Below, piece after piece: positions 23,330-44,468 of a stretch of DNA of 64,000 bases. The notes beneath the pieces were generated by a model. The model was not told the origin of the DNA. It was given only the letters and a program-made list of their open reading frames with translations, and made no database searches. Location: contig NW_005434567.1 of NCBI RefSeq assembly GCF_000315625.1, positions 1 through 64,000 on the forward strand. Reading direction: 5' to 3'. Position 1 is the first letter of the stretch. Each line of letters begins with the position of its first letter. This stretch comes from Guillardia theta CCMP2712 (lineage: Eukaryota; Protista; Cryptophyta). A program made the translations under genes and the position numbers.

Positions 23330-26300
23330 ATGAGACTGTCGTCGTGCAACCTTGCATTCTTGAGTCTGGGAGTTGTCCTGCTCTTCGACGTCCTCTGCGA
23401 AGGTTCCCCTAATATCAGCATGATTTTCGCTCGGCATGACCATGTCTCGCCAGGGTACGTCAACGTTGCCCATCATGCAGCATTGAGTGGAGTTGGGCGT
23501 GCTCAAATCAAGAAGAGCGTTGCGAGCAAGAGGCCCCGGTATGTCTTGGATTCAACCCACGCTCCTTCCCTCCCTCCCTCCCTCCCTCTCTTTCTCCCTC
23601 CCTTCCTCCCTCCCTCCCTCTCTCCCTGGTGCGGTTGATGTATCCCTTGACTAGCTGCTCCTCGTCCCGCAGATCTTCCAGCGTGCGCAACGTCTTCCTT
23701 CCACCTGGTGGAATTCCTCCAGTTGATGATGACTTTGAAGAGTCTCCCAAGAAGCAAAGGTCCCCCGCGTCCCCCGGGTTGATTCGACCGGGAGCGTGCC
23801 CAGTCTCACTCCCTCCTTGCAGGTCAGAGGCAGGAAGGCGGCAAAGTGAATGGGATGACAGGAACAGCCCGATCAGAGATTACCATCCTGGTCAGTACAG
23901 CGTGCAGCCCAATCGTGATGAAAATACTGTGAAAAGATGTGCCCTGTTGCGCGTCGCAGCCGTGCTGGCATCTTTCTGTATGTGACATGATACGATGTGT
24001 CATAATGAGGCATCTTTCCGTTTCATGTGGGATATCTTGCGACGTGTAGGAGCTGCATCATCTCAACTGTATCTACTTTGTCGTCCGTGCATGCAGTGTT
24101 GCACGATGGAGGTTTCCACCTCGCCCCTCTCACTTGTTGTACCCAGTGACAGGATCGAACCTCGCGAGCCCGGATGAGCTGAATGAGCTGCTAAGACCGA
24201 CTGGACTTGACCGTCATCGGTATCCGATGCCCATGGCCTAGCGACGTGAACGCCTGAGTCACAGCAGGCTGAAACTTCATCCGGATGAAGCCTTCGGAGC
24301 GATCTTCAGGTCAGACTGCTCACTTATTGTCCTGTCGATCTCGGGTTATGTTCTGTTTTCGCTTTTGTCATCTTCCTTGAACCGTTTTCCCTTTACTTTC
24401 CTCACTTTCCCCTGGCGCTGGCAGGTTCGAAGGGGTCCTATCAGACACTCTTCCCATCCACAAGTCGGCCTGGACCAAGGTGGAAGAGAGAAACATCGAT
24501 TTGTACCCAACTTCCTGAAAATCCCCCCGCAAAATTCCAACCTTTCAATCCGTCCTTCTGAACTTCTTCATGCGAAATCCGATCTTTTTGCCGGCCTAAA
24601 ATTTCACCTGCCTAGGTTGCGGAGGAGATGAACTTGCGGATCCCCGAGGAGAACGATGTGAAGATGGCGATGACGATGCCGGCAGAGAAAGTGTGACATG
24701 CTGTCCTGCTCCTGATAGTTGTGAGACCGTGTGATCTGCGTCCAGGCGATTCAGAGAGTCATGTACTGGACTCAAGACTGGGGAGACACCAAGGTGAGGG
24801 AGAAGGATGTGATCGAGTTGTCATGCAGCAGCCAGCTCGCAGGGAGGGAGAGAGGAGCGAGAGAGTAGGAGGGGGAGAGGGAGGAGCGAGAGAGTAGGAG
24901 GGGGAGAGGGAGGAGGCAGGCAGGCAATGGCGCCTGACGATGCTTCGTTGCTCAGAGGATTGCTTTCCGCAAGGCCGAGCTCTTCTTCGAGTGCTGGCAG
25001 GTGAAACTCAAGCTCTGGCAGGGCCTGCGAGCTTGACAACCTGCCAGCAATACGATCATGCTTGTTTGGAGGAGACGAAGGAGTGGCTGGAGAAGCTGTA
25101 CAAGGTGATGGCCATCGGGCACGATCTGCTCTGTCTCACAGTGATGTGGCTTGCGACAGGCCTCCATTCCGATCTGCGTCTGCTCTGAGATGGACGTCAA
25201 CTCCCTCAACGTCTCGCTCACCAAGATGGTGTTCCTGCTTCCCCTCGCCTCTCTCCCCACCTGCTCACCCTCGTTGGCCCCTAGGGAATCTCGCAATATA
25301 GCATTGCGATGGTAACGGCTGAAGGTAATTGACTTGCCCTCCATCCTTTCAAGTCGCTTCCCACCCATACTCTTCCCTTCCCTTCCTTTTCCCGTTCTTT
25401 CCCCTCATTCTCCTTCCTCTTCCTCTTCCTCGTCCTCTTCCTCTTCCTCTTCCTCTTCCTCTTCCTCTTCCTTCGCTTCCCCTCCCTTGCACTCTCGTCT
25501 CCTATCACTTTCCTGCCGTTTGCTCCCTCTGTCACTCCACGTCCCTCCTTGCTCCGTCTACATTCCTCGCCCATTTCCCCTTCTCGTGTCTTACCTTGCT
25601 GGCAGATGACTGCGACACCCGAGCACAGATGTATCTCAGCGCAGCTCTCAAGCTGAACAGGTTTGACGTGCACGAAAAGCTTCTCTCTCCTTCACCTCTC
25701 TCCTGTCCTACCTGTCTGCTCCTGCTCCCCCCACTTCCTCTCAGCCTTCTCCTTCGCCTCGCCCTCGCCCCCCCCCCCCCCCCCCCCCTCTCCTTCCGAT
25801 CAGTCTGCACCCGCTTCCTTGTCCTCCACCTCTTGCTGTACAATCACATCCTTATCTTGCACTCGCCTCATCGCTTCTCACTGCCATCATCGCCAGACCT
25901 CCTCAGTTCTGCGTGATCTTTGATGACGATCCGGAAAGCATCAGCTCCGCCCATGACATATCTGCTCAAGTGAGTCCTCCCCCTCATTCCCGCACTCTCG
26001 TATCCTCCTTCTCCACCCTCCTGCTCTTCCTTTCTCTCTTTCCCTCGTCCTCTCTCCTCTTCCCTCCTCCCCTCCTCCCCTTCCCGCATCCTCTCCTCCC
26101 CTTCTTCCCTCCTCCCCTCCTCCCCTCATCTTTCTCTTCCGCTGCCTTATTTTCTCTGCTTTCAGGTCGTTGCAGTTCTTGGCAGATACGCGCGATGGGA
26201 GCTAACGGGAGCAGACATGACCGTGTCCTCACTGGACGAGCTGGTGCTATCCGCTCTCTCCTTTTCCTGCCTTCTGCAANNNNNNNNNNNNNNNNNNNNN

Positions 26301-27635
26301 NNNNNNNNNNNNNNNNNNNNNNNNNNNNNNNNNNNNNNNNNNNNNNNNNNNNNNNNNNNNNNNNNNNNNNNNNNNNNNNNNNNNNNNNNNNNNNNNNNNN
26401 NNNNNNNNNNNNNNNNNNNNNNNNNNNNNNNNNNNNNNNNNNNNNNNNNNNNNNNNNNNNNNNNNNNNNNNNNNNNNNNNNNNNNNNNNNNNNNNNNNNN
26501 NNNNNNNNNNNNNNNNNNNNNNNNNNNNNNNNNNNNNNNNNNNNNNNNNNNNNNNNNNNNNNNNNNNNNNNNNNNNNNNNNNNNNNNNNNNNNNNNNNNN
26601 NNNNNNNNNNNNNNNNNNNNNNNNNNNNNNNNNNNNNNNNNNNNNNNNNNNNNNNNNNNNNNNNNNNNNNNNNNNNNNNNNNNNNNNNNNNNNNNNNNNN
26701 NNNNNNNNNNNNNNNNNNNNNNNNNNNNNNNNNNNNNNNNNNNNNNNNNNNNNNNNNNNNNNNNNNNNNNNNNNNNNNNNNNNNNNNNNNNNNNNNNNNN
26801 NNNNNNNNNNNNNNNNNNNNNNNNNNNNNNNNNNNNNNNNNNNNNNNNNNNNNNNNNNNNNNNNNNNNNNNNNNNNNNNNNNNNNNNNNNNNNNNNNNNN
26901 NNNNNNNNNNNNNNNNNNNNNNNNNNNNNNNNNNNNNNNNNNNNNNNNNNNNNNNNNNNNNNNNNNNNNNNNNNNNNNNNNNNNNNNNNNNNNNNNNNNN
27001 NNNNNNNNNNNNNNNNNNNNNNNNNNNNNNNNNNNNNNNNNNNNNNNNNNNNNNNNNNNNNNNNNNNNNNNNNNNNNNNNNNNNNNNNNNNNNNNNNNNN
27101 NNNNNNNNNNNNNNNNNNNNNNNNNNNNNNNNNNNNNNNNNNNNNNNNNNNNNNNNNNNNNNNNNNNNNNNNNNNNNNNNNNNNNNNNNNNNNNNNNNNN
27201 NNNNNNNNNNNNNNNNNNNNNNNNNNNNNNNNNNNNNNNNNNNNTCCCTCCTCTCCCACCACCTTCCTTCTTTCTGTCTCCTGTCCTTTCCTCGTTTCTT
27301 GTTTTGGTCAGTGGGCAAGCCTTGCAGCCCGAGCTGGAGCTTGAAGTAGAAACGCAAACAGTGGTAAGCTTCGTGGATGAACCTACTTGATCATCATGAT
27401 CTCTATCATCATCACCACCACCCTGACCGCCGTCGTCGTCGTCGTCATCATCATCATCTTCTTCGTCTTCGTCTTCGTCTTCGTCATCATCATAAACTTC
27501 TTCTTTTTCTTGTTCTTCTTCGTCGTCGTCTTCGTCGTCTTCGTCGTCATCTTCTCACTTTTCTTTCCGCAGAGATCGCGAGGGTCGAGATGGGGGCCGG
27601 ACGAGGACGATCCATACGTTGGAGTCTATCGATGA
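23330..27635 (+). CDS. HAD-superfamily phosphatase with N-terminal signal peptide (resembles plant plastid HAD/PyrP2-like proteins), many exons, interrupted by a gap
   Basis: Exons encode LKLHPDEAFGAIF, AIQRVMYWTQDWGDTK, DDCDTRAQMYLSAALKLNR, CVIFDDDPESISSAH, AVLGRYARWELTGADMTVSSLDEL, QPELELE; N-terminus MRLSSCNLAFLSLGVVLLFDVLCEG. Confidence 0.75.
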
Positions 27636-27769
27636 TGAAGCTAGAGAGGCTCAAAAGGGGAAAGTTGTGAATGATAACAAGAAACCAACAGGTCAAGTCA
27701 CAAAGGTCAATGTCCGATCTCATATATCAAGTGTTAGTTTTCTCCTTGACGGTGCATACTCTTTGTGCC

Positions 27770-29520
27770 GCCGTGACTCAGTACGGTCAGTGTCCCAGTC
27801 CGGTTGCCAGCCAAGACCGGGCGAGTCAACGCTGTTGACTGCCATGCTCGGAAGCACTGTAGCCTCCCCCCGGGGCCGCCCGATACATAGTCACGCCCGG
27901 AGATGGCGGCAAATTTCCGCATGGGGTGGCCGTCCGGTCCCCATCTGGCTGGGACAGAGTCGGAGAGTCAGCCAACCGTACGGTGATCCGATGTGGCATC
28001 CGATCGGACGCCGGGCGGCCGGGCGCGGGGGCGGGCCCCGCGCTGCCACTGACCGATTGATGAGTCCGTCACACTGAGTGATCGGACGGCAGCCCGGGTC
28101 CCCACGTCCGGTCCGACTCATAACTCGGCCCATTCAGCCGCACGGCGACTCAAAAGGCCTTAGTTGAGCGCGGGCCGGGCCTCCTCGCGCCGTGACGGTC
28201 GGACTCTCCTCCGACTCACACTTGGCTGTCGGCGGCGCCGGCCGTGATGCACTTACGGTCACTGTGGCACACGTCACACTCGGACACCAGATTCCGTCCG
28301 CCGGCCGATCCTCAGGGCCCGGCCTCGTANNNNNNNNNNNNNNNNNNNNNNNNNNNNNNNNNNNNNNNNNNNNNNNNNNNNNNNNNNNNNNNNNNNNNNN
28401 NNNNNNNNNNNNNNNNNNNNNNNNNNNNNNNNNNNNNNNNNNNNNNNNNNNNNNNNNNNNNNNNNNNNNNNNNNNNNNNNNNNNNNNNNNNNNNNNNNNN
28501 NNNNNNNNNNNNNNNNNNNNNNNNNNNNNNNNNNNNNNNNNNNNNNNNNNNNNNNNNNNNNNNNNNNNNNNNNNNNNNNNNNNNNNNNNNNNNNNNNNNN
28601 NNNNNNNNNGGGTGGGTGGTAGATGGAGTTGGACGGGGGTGGGGGGTACCAGGCTCCGAGTCGGAATCAAATTCAAGGGGTAGTGACCTATAATAAAGTG
28701 GGGAATGAGAGGGTGTGGGGTACTTGCATGGTATCTGCTTGTGAGTTCGCAAGGGTGGGTGGGGGTCAGGTGTACAATTGACCGGTGCTTTCAGGGCTCA
28801 CTCAATACAACTCTACGCCCGCCCGGCGACTCGATGACGATTCCTGGTCAAAAGGGGGGTGGGGGTCATAGGGGTGTACAGCTCTTCTAGCCTGCTCTGG
28901 ACCTCGCGGGAGTGAGGGGGGTAGGGGGGTACATGGGATCATCGATCGCCTCGGAAGTTTCGGGGGGGTTGGTAAAAAGGTGGGGTAGTCCATGTTCCAG
29001 GGTAAGGTGGGTCATCAGAGACAGAGATTACGTACTGTCACCGTACCGGTGGTCATGACGCAGTGCTCACCACCGGGTGATCTGCGGCGACACCCCAGGG
29101 GTACATAGTTTGCTGACAGGTTCAACGTTCCAGAGGGGTACTAAACTCAGGAAATGTGGGAGGTAGGGGTTCCTGGTACGTATCAGGAAGCGATCGAAGG
29201 AGGAGGGTGGGGGCCAAGTAAAAATGGGTACTTGAGCTGGGTGGGTAGGGTCCTGCCGTGGCTCTTGGGTCGAAGGGTAGGGTACTTAGATATGAGCCAT
29301 GGGGGTGCAGATAGTCCCCGGGTAGGGTTATAGCCCGCAAGTGCAGTCGCAACGTTCTAGCAGTTTACTCAAGGGTGGGTAGTTTGGAAAGAAGGGGTCA
29401 TGAGAGGAGGTAGTTCCATCATACCGGTATTTTCAAGCCAAATTTCAGGGGTGCGTGATGAAGCTAATACGGTCATCAACAACGGGGTGCAAATACGTGG
29501 GGTGGGTGGACAAACATGGT
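27770..29520. other. GC island (27770-28329), gap, then GGGT tract (28610-29520)
   Basis: Compositional pattern as above. Confidence 0.7.
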
Positions 29521-30050
29521 TTGGATAGGTTTTGCTGCCGATGGTGGAGCAGTAGAGGGATGTTGATGATGATTGCGAGAAGGAAGACAAGAAGAAAGAA
29601 GAGGAAGAAGATGAAACGGAACAAGAGGAGGGGAGGGAGGAAGGACATCATAGAGGAAGAACTGAAACGGACTAGAACGCAGGAACGAGTGTTCTGGATT
29701 TCGAGAGAAATGTTTTCGATTCGGAGGCTATAAGCGTTCATTCAACAGCAAAGTAATGCAGACTGTGGAGCTATGCAAGCAGTTTTCAAAGAGCTACAAC
29801 ACAACGACACATACGTATCGTTGTGCTACTCGTCAAGGGTAGTTCGGAATTAATTGTGAGATCTTACAGCGGGATATATAGCCCCCCAGAGATCTTATAG
29901 CGGGATGTATAGCCCCATGATTAGTCAGGACTGCCTATCCTCACAACTACCACCTCCTGCATCGCACCAGTCGAATCATCAACATGTCTTGTCCTGTTTC
30001 CGTTGACCCGTTTCTTGGCAGGCTCCCCTTTGCACTTGAACCTTTCCGCC

Positions 30051-31385
30051 ATGGAAGCTCCTGCCCCGCAGTCCCCGATGACACGGTGATGCCTTGCACT
30101 GGCCCTGCTGTCGTAGTTTGATGATCCACACAGGATAGAAGTGCTCTCCGAGACCTTCCTGATCAATCAAGACCTTCAAACTGACGAGTTTCCCTCCGAC
30201 TCGACAAACTCAACCAACAGCTCCGCTACGGTCACATCCAGCCTGTCTTTCACCGTCCACGTGGAGGCCGACCTCACCAACAACGAAGGGGCCGATGAGC
30301 AGCAGAACTCGACGGTGAGTGCGGTGAGGAACACCTGCGCTCTGACGTGTTTGTGTGCACAGACCGAGGCATCGAGAGATCCAGGGGCGATCACAAGGTG
30401 AGGAGTGAAACTGCCATCATGGTCGTTAGGCTGATTTTAGACCTCAGAGAGAAAGCTTGCCTGTTTCTGAATCAGATCTCTCGTCTTCTGAACAAGAGGG
30501 AGGCAACTCCTATGGACCTGTGCAGCATGCTCGACAGGAGCAATCATTCGCTGGTCTGGACCCTGACCTTCCTTCTGCAACTGATCCTGATGGTTGTCTT
30601 CAGTCGGGGAGGAGAAACAGCAGCGACTCCTCCGGACTGCCTGAGTGCATGATCTGCCTGGAGAACATGCAGGTCGGTCAGTCAGTGACTACGCTCCCTT
30701 GCAAGCACTTCTTCCATCATGTCTGCATTGTCAAGTAAGAGACGGTTGTTGAGAACGATGCTGTGGGTTCTGACAGTGTGCAGGTGGCTGTCGTCGAGGT
30801 TGCTCATCTCAAAGCCAGGATGTTGTCCTAATTGCAACCTCCAGGTTTGTTGCCATCGAATTGTGAACATTTTATTTCCCCCTCTCCCTGCTCCCATTCG
30901 TCTCGTCTCGTCTCGTCTCGTCTCGTCTCGTCTCGTCTCGTCTCGTTTTGTCTTGTCTTGTCTCGTCTCGTTTCCTCTTCCCTTATCGCTGCCACCCTCA
31001 ATGCTCTTTCGTCTCTTGCCTTGTTTCGTCGCATTGCAATCTTTCTGTTCATTTATTGTTGGTCTTCAGATCGTCCTTCCAGTCCCTCAGTCCGAACTTC
31101 CCACTGTTGTGGTGCAATCGACCGCGCCGCAGGTGACCTTGACGATTGATAATCAACCTTGCTCATGACTACTACGATGATCTGCAGACGATGCTGCAGA
31201 AGATTTGCTGGATATGGAGACGAAGGCAAGTTTGCTTGCTCTTGACATCTCCAATGCATGCACTCGTTGTGTGACACAACTTTTTCTTCTTCTCCTTGAG
31301 CAGATCATTCGGATTCATCATGGGCTTCTCTGTCCTGGTTCTCATCCTAACCAACGTCATCTTGGTCTGCATTCCTCGCCGCTGA
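30051..31385 (+). CDS. RING-H2 E3 ubiquitin ligase with C-terminal transmembrane anchor, multi-exon
   Basis: CMICLENMQVGQSVTTLPCKHFFHHVCIVK|WLSSR...CPNC; last exon SFGFIMGFSVLVLILTNVILVCIPRR*. Confidence 0.85.
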
Positions 31386-31501
31386 TATTCTTTCATTCCC
31401 ACCTCCCTCTCTACCTTTTCCCAAGAGTCTGTATTATATCCGTCTACATGGTTCCATCCTCCCTCGCCTCCTACCGTCCTGCTCCCGTCCTCCGACCCTC
31501 C

Positions 31502-39456
<7,955 letters not shown>

Positions 39457-39549
39457 TTGACTTTTTGTTGGGTCGAGCTGCGTGAGTCCGCCTCAGAGAA
39501 AAGTTCCGTCGATCCGACTCTGATTCCGGGCAAAATGATGAACTGAATG

Positions 39550-40430
39550 ATCGGCCGCCCGGCCGGGCGGCCCGGGACCGTCACAGTCAGTGCCGCAACT
39601 GCCGCCGCTCAGTGCCCCGGCCGCGCCGCACTCAGTGCCACGGTGCGCGGCCCGGCGGCCGCGCATCGGTTACTGATTGACGCTACTGGAGGCCGATGGC
39701 ATGGGTTAGTAATGCATACTGATACTGAGTCAGCACGTCCCGCCACGGTGCAAACGCATCCGGTCCAGGATCTTTCGTCAGCTCAAGGCCTCCCTGTCCT
39801 TCGCTGCCGGCATCATCGCGGGTGCATTCCGAACTCGGAAGTTCCGGTATGCGTCTCATTCCTTCGGCGGCGGCCACAGCCGCACATGAGTCGCTGACAC
39901 TGGCGGGGGGGAATGTTTGGGGGACAGCAATTGGCAGGATTGGCCCCATGATTTGGTTCTCGCTGTCTTTGCGCAGCCTGAGTGCTACTGTTCTCGCCGT
40001 TTGGCCAGTGCGACACTGAGTGCCACGGTGCACGGACGGTCAAGCCTCCCGGAGTCGACTCTCCTGATTGTCCTCGTACTGATCTATAACTTAACTTTGA
40101 GTAAAGAAGACTGAGTGTGCACAGCGGCACCCGGCGGCCGGGGGCCTTCAACTCGGAGCACTGGCCGCCAGGCCGCGTTAGGCTCACTTTGAGTAGAGGC
40201 TTAGCACATTGAGACAGTCCGATCTGGTCCGAGCGCCCGGCGCCGCCTGCAACCGTGACGGTGCGGCGACCGTACGGTGAGCTCGGAGTCGGCACACTGC
40301 GGCAACCCGGCGGAGTCCCTGGGCCCGGCGGTGACTGAAATTCGGACTCAGGAAAATCCGGCCGGGCCCAGTCATCAGTACGGCGGGCCGGCGGCCGGGG
40401 CCCTCGGGGGCCGACTCGGAAGTTGCTCAA
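39550..40430. other. GC island with repeat copy E (about 39960-40116, plus)
   Basis: CTCGCCGTTTGGCCAGTGCGACA...GGTCAAGCCTCCCGGA...CTCCTGATTGTCCTCGTACTGATCTATAACTTAACTTTGAGTAAAGAAG. Confidence 0.85.
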
Positions 40431-41522
40431 GTCACAAGGGCCTGATAATACAGTGGTATCGTTCCCTGACGGAGCTTCAAACCTCCGTGACGTTCAGAGC
40501 TTCAACCCCCCCCGTTCAAAATATCAGAACAAAGCTTCAAGTTCGCAACATTCCAAACTGCCCAGTGCAACGTTCATGAGCCTAGTAATCAACACAGCGC
40601 ATCGATGGCATTCGACTGACAGGGAAGTATCCTCCATCAGGCACAGGCACTTGATGTCTCTCATTAGCTCCAGTAAGATCGAAAAGGGCGCATGAAGTCA
40701 CATCGCGTGAGTGAGCCTGTCAGCACGTTCTTATCCCTCGCCATAAGGTGGAGTTGTTCAGTCAAATCTAAATATACTGTTGCTATTGCTGCCTTGGGGG
40801 TTGGAACAGTGGGAGGGGAGTTCGGAAAATGGACTCAGCAAGAGCACGCCATTCTGCCATGCTGTACTCAAGTTCCCATCGGGATGCCATTGCTGCAAGA
40901 CCATGGCACATTGATGTGTTGTTCATTGTGTTGTAATCTAGACAACGATTTTGAGCGAGATTAAGAATCTTGCATACGTTGATCAAATCACGTGTGAACA
41001 TTCTTTTCCTGGTCCTTTTTGTTCATCCAAGTCCTTGTGTTTCTGGTTGGACAGCATAGGCATACATTGCTTTTGCTAACTTGGAGGTAGCAAGGAAAAA
41101 CGCCGGAAAAACGGTGTTTTCCATGATATGGCATATCATCTTGCAAAATCATATGTCCTGTCGAAATACAGTGAACCACTCATTTTCATCAATTGTTTGA
41201 GAGTCAAGTGGTTCGTGCAAGACTTCCATCCACAAGTTGTATCAATCACTAATGCTGGTTGAGCAAGATGAAGGACGTAGATCGTCAATGATTTGTCAAA
41301 CTGGTCCAGGTTGTAAAATCCAATACAATGCACCTGCTTGTGTTGAGGTGTTCGGAACGTTTTGTAGGTCTGAAATGTCACCAGCATCTACAAAGTCCTG
41401 TCAAACCAGGAAAGAATGATGTCTATCTGTCCTTGTTTGTCACGAGGACAATCTCTTCAGTGTTCACAAGAGGCTTGCATGAGAAAACATTGTTTCATTG
41501 AAATTCAAAATAGTTCTATACA

Positions 41523-41852
41523 TTACAACAACAGTTCATCGCCAGTCGCTGCCAGGATTGGCTGTCTATTTCTATCTGAGACCAATTTCATTGCGTGTTC
41601 TAGTGCCTCAAGCTGCTTACTCCGTGACGGGCATCCGTACTTCCAACTCCTGCATTCCTCTGACAGTGGGAAGGGCTTGTCGTTGCATTCGCTAGCATGT
41701 TGGAGTTTCAACTCGTCTCTGAATCTCTTGGAGATGTCCCGGAGGGAGGAAAAGTCGACTTCGGCAGATGATGTTTCTGGAACAGGCTCCAAGAAGGAGA
41801 GGTCGCGGAAGCTGGGTTGATCACCGAAGTCCATGATGTCGTTTGTGTTCAT
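41523..41852 (-). CDS. Small intronless unknown protein, family A copy 1
   Basis: Shares QPSFxDL, SSLRxISxR, YGCPxRSKQLEALxH and a C-terminal ATG[DE][DE]L-hydrophobic-hydrophobic end with two other ORFs in the window. Confidence 0.85.
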   Translation of the reverse strand: MNTNDIMDFGDQPSFRDLSFLEPVPETSSAEVDFSSLRDISKRFRDELKLQHASECNDKPFPLSEECRSWKYGCPSRSKQLEALEHAMKLVSDRNRQPILAATGDELLL

Positions 41853-42097
41853 GTTCGAATAGCGAGGATGTAGATAGTTTTGTATGCAAGTGGTAGGGCT
41901 AGAAGTTTGAACGTGGCAGTGCGAGGGAAAGCAAGGGGATAAAGACTGCAGGGCTTCGCTCGTGTTGATATACGAAGGGCTGGGAAGACATCTTAAATCA
42001 GCAATACCTGGCATGCTATCTAAATACCTAGGGGGTGGGTACATGCTGGTACTAAATTCAAGTCTTAAGTAGGAAAGGGTGGGTAGTCACGTTCACG

Positions 42098-42433
42098 TCA
42101 ACCAGCCATAGAGGATGTGAAACGATGCGTATCCAATCGGAGTGAGCTCGAACCGTTGCGTTTCAGAAGGTCAGAGCGGACAAGCATGGAGTTACCATGC
42201 CCTCTCGTGATGAGAAATATCCCAATCGCACCTCTTCGTCTGCAGGTCCGGCTGCTCCCGCCCAAGAGGTCAAGGGGTGCCTTTGCGTCCTCTGCAACCC
42301 CGGGACTGTTCCTGATGGTAGCCCTCCTGCCGGTTAAAACACCGATAAGGATCTGAGGTGGGCCCGTGATGTCGTAACAATGGCTCTGTGTTGCTGTCTC
42401 GCAGGGTAAGTCATAGGAAGAGGAGTATTCCAT
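42098..42433 (-). CDS. Possible small hypothetical ORF (MEYSSSYDLPC...)
   Basis: Open frame only; no homologue seen in the window. Confidence 0.25.
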   Translation of the reverse strand: MEYSSSYDLPCETATQSHCYDITGPPQILIGVLTGRRATIRNSPGVAEDAKAPLDLLGGSSRTCRRRGAIGIFLITRGHGNSMLVRSDLLKRNGSSSLRLDTHRFTSSMAG

Positions 42434-43021
42434 GCTTGCTGCCCCATTACTCTTCAAGAAGTCAGAGCTTTGACTGGTAACGTGATGAAAACACAAGTTA
42501 AAGCTTGCAGCTGATCCTTTACGAGGGTCAGCGCACCCACCCCTGTCTTGCCCACCACCCCCTCATATCTCCAACTCTAACCCCCCTTTTCCCTAGGGTC
42601 CCCCGCAGAAGGTTTAGAATGCGGTCTGATAACTGTAGGGACATGAGACCTCGTGGAGTCTTAAGGAGAGCGGATCATAGCGAGGCGGGTTGGCAATCGA
42701 TGATGGTCGATGACTGTCGAAGAGGATACCACGTAAAGCAGCGCTGAAACTTCTTCGGAAAGCGAAATGGCCTGTTTTGAAGTAAATCTGCATCCACACA
42801 TGGGTGCCATATCACTATAAGACCTCAAATCGCAACGCTTCACTCAAATTACAATCATTTCCCCCCGTGCTAGGGAGTCAGCGATGCACGCACCCACCGA
42901 TCTAATAAGGAGACCATCATATCCGCCTCCCGCACACCTTCAGAGCTTAAAGAACGGCAACCCAACAGCCTCTGCTACCCTTACATTCCACACCTGTAGC
43001 TTGCTTCACAGCACATTCAGG

Positions 43022-43333
43022 ATGAGTATTGACATGGACGATCAACCCAGCTTCGAGGACCTAGGCATGGCAGGCGAGGGCACAGAGGCAAGCGACGATG
43101 AAGATGATGTTGACCTGTCCTCTCTTCGGGAGATCTCGAAGAGGTTCAGAGAAGAGCTGAAGCTGCAGGGAGGCTGTGAAGTACCTTTGCTTGCTGAAGA
43201 ACAGAGAAGGGAGAAGTATGGGTGCCCCCCAAGAAGCAAGCAGCTTGAAGCGCTAGAACATTCGATCATACTGCTGGGAAACCGCAGCAGAAGGGCAGTC
43301 GTGTCTGCGACGGGAGAAGAGCTGTTGATATGA
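43022..43333 (+). CDS. Small intronless unknown protein, family A copy 2
   Basis: MSIDMDDQPSFEDL...SSLREISKRFREELKLQ...KYGCPPRSKQLEALEH...SATGEELLI*. Confidence 0.85.
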   Translation: MSIDMDDQPSFEDLGMAGEGTEASDDEDDVDLSSLREISKRFREELKLQGGCEVPLLAEEQRREKYGCPPRSKQLEALEHSIILLGNRSRRAVVSATGEELLI

Positions 43334-44468
43334 ATAGAATCACAGATATGTATTGTATTTTATGGATTAAATGGAAATAGCTAGAATGCATCGCAAATAT
43401 GTGTGTTGTATTTAGATCTGTGCGTCGGTTTTATAAGTCAATCTGCCAACAAGTTCACTGTTGAAGAATATCAATTCACACAATAACTTTTATTCTTCAA
43501 CCTTTCGATTTTAGAGGAAGAAGTACCTCAGTCGAGTATAGGTTTCAATGCACAAAAATAATGCATCGTTCAAAGGTGTCTAAGATTTTGGATCTAAGAT
43601 TTTTCAAGTGGATCTAAGATTTTTTAGGTCAGATCAATTTTTCTTAGCAATCGATTTCGCGATCATGAAAGGTGCAGTTTTGACTGTGGAAGAGTTTTTC
43701 ATCGAACGAATTTCCATAGTATGCGAGTATAAATCATGAAAATCCCTTTTTACCATTTGATACAAGGTGTTGTCAAAGGCATAATTTTAAGAAGATACAG
43801 ACATCAGAAAGTACCAGATGTTGTTTAGCTTCAAATACAATACTCGTTTGATGAAACATTGTTCCAAGTGACTTCGTCAAGCTCTGGAGAATGTGGACGG
43901 GACAAGTGAAGGAATTACAAGATGTCAGTCTTGTTGTATACACAACCTTGCGTAAGACCTTGAGCTCAGATGATCTTAGGATCACTGTTTATTAAGCACA
44001 CGTAGTTATCAGATCAGCAGCACCACATGCATCGATCTGCATCGTCGTTCTATTTCCTACGCCATGCCCAAGAAGCGTCCGGCATGAGTCCAGAATACAA
44101 CAAGTCTGCTCTTTAAAGGATGATCCAAAGCCAAACCTCTGCTGTTTCATCCACTCTGGATCAGCAGAAAGTAGGAACTCAACACAATTCTACACATTGC
44201 GTCAAGTCGTCAGGGTTGCTGTTACCGAAATGCGGAGATACATTACCTAAACAGGGCCAGGGGACTGCATGTAGCATTGGAGAGAGTTTTGAAAGGGCAG
44301 TGGGTAAGATTTTTGTCTCAATCTAGCTATAGGCAATACAATTGGCTTGACCTTGACTTGATTTTATTCACAACGCTTCATACCACATTCCCATCTCCCT
44401 CTATTTACATCCGCCTGCACTCCCCTACCTCAGGCAGGCGCTTTTTTTATGTCCTCTCTCGCCTCCCC

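Noticed and set aside
25913-27357. Long ORFs spanning N runs (also 28.1-28.7, 31.7-33.1 and 53.8-54.4 kb)
   Set aside because: Artefacts of translating assembly gaps.
29868-29917. Short tandem duplications (also about 33350-33410 and 43579-43625)
   Set aside because: Ordinary local slippage with no evident function.
40540-41420. Possible degenerate gene or transposase fragment on the minus strand
   Set aside because: Short open segments could not be joined and no motif was recognised.
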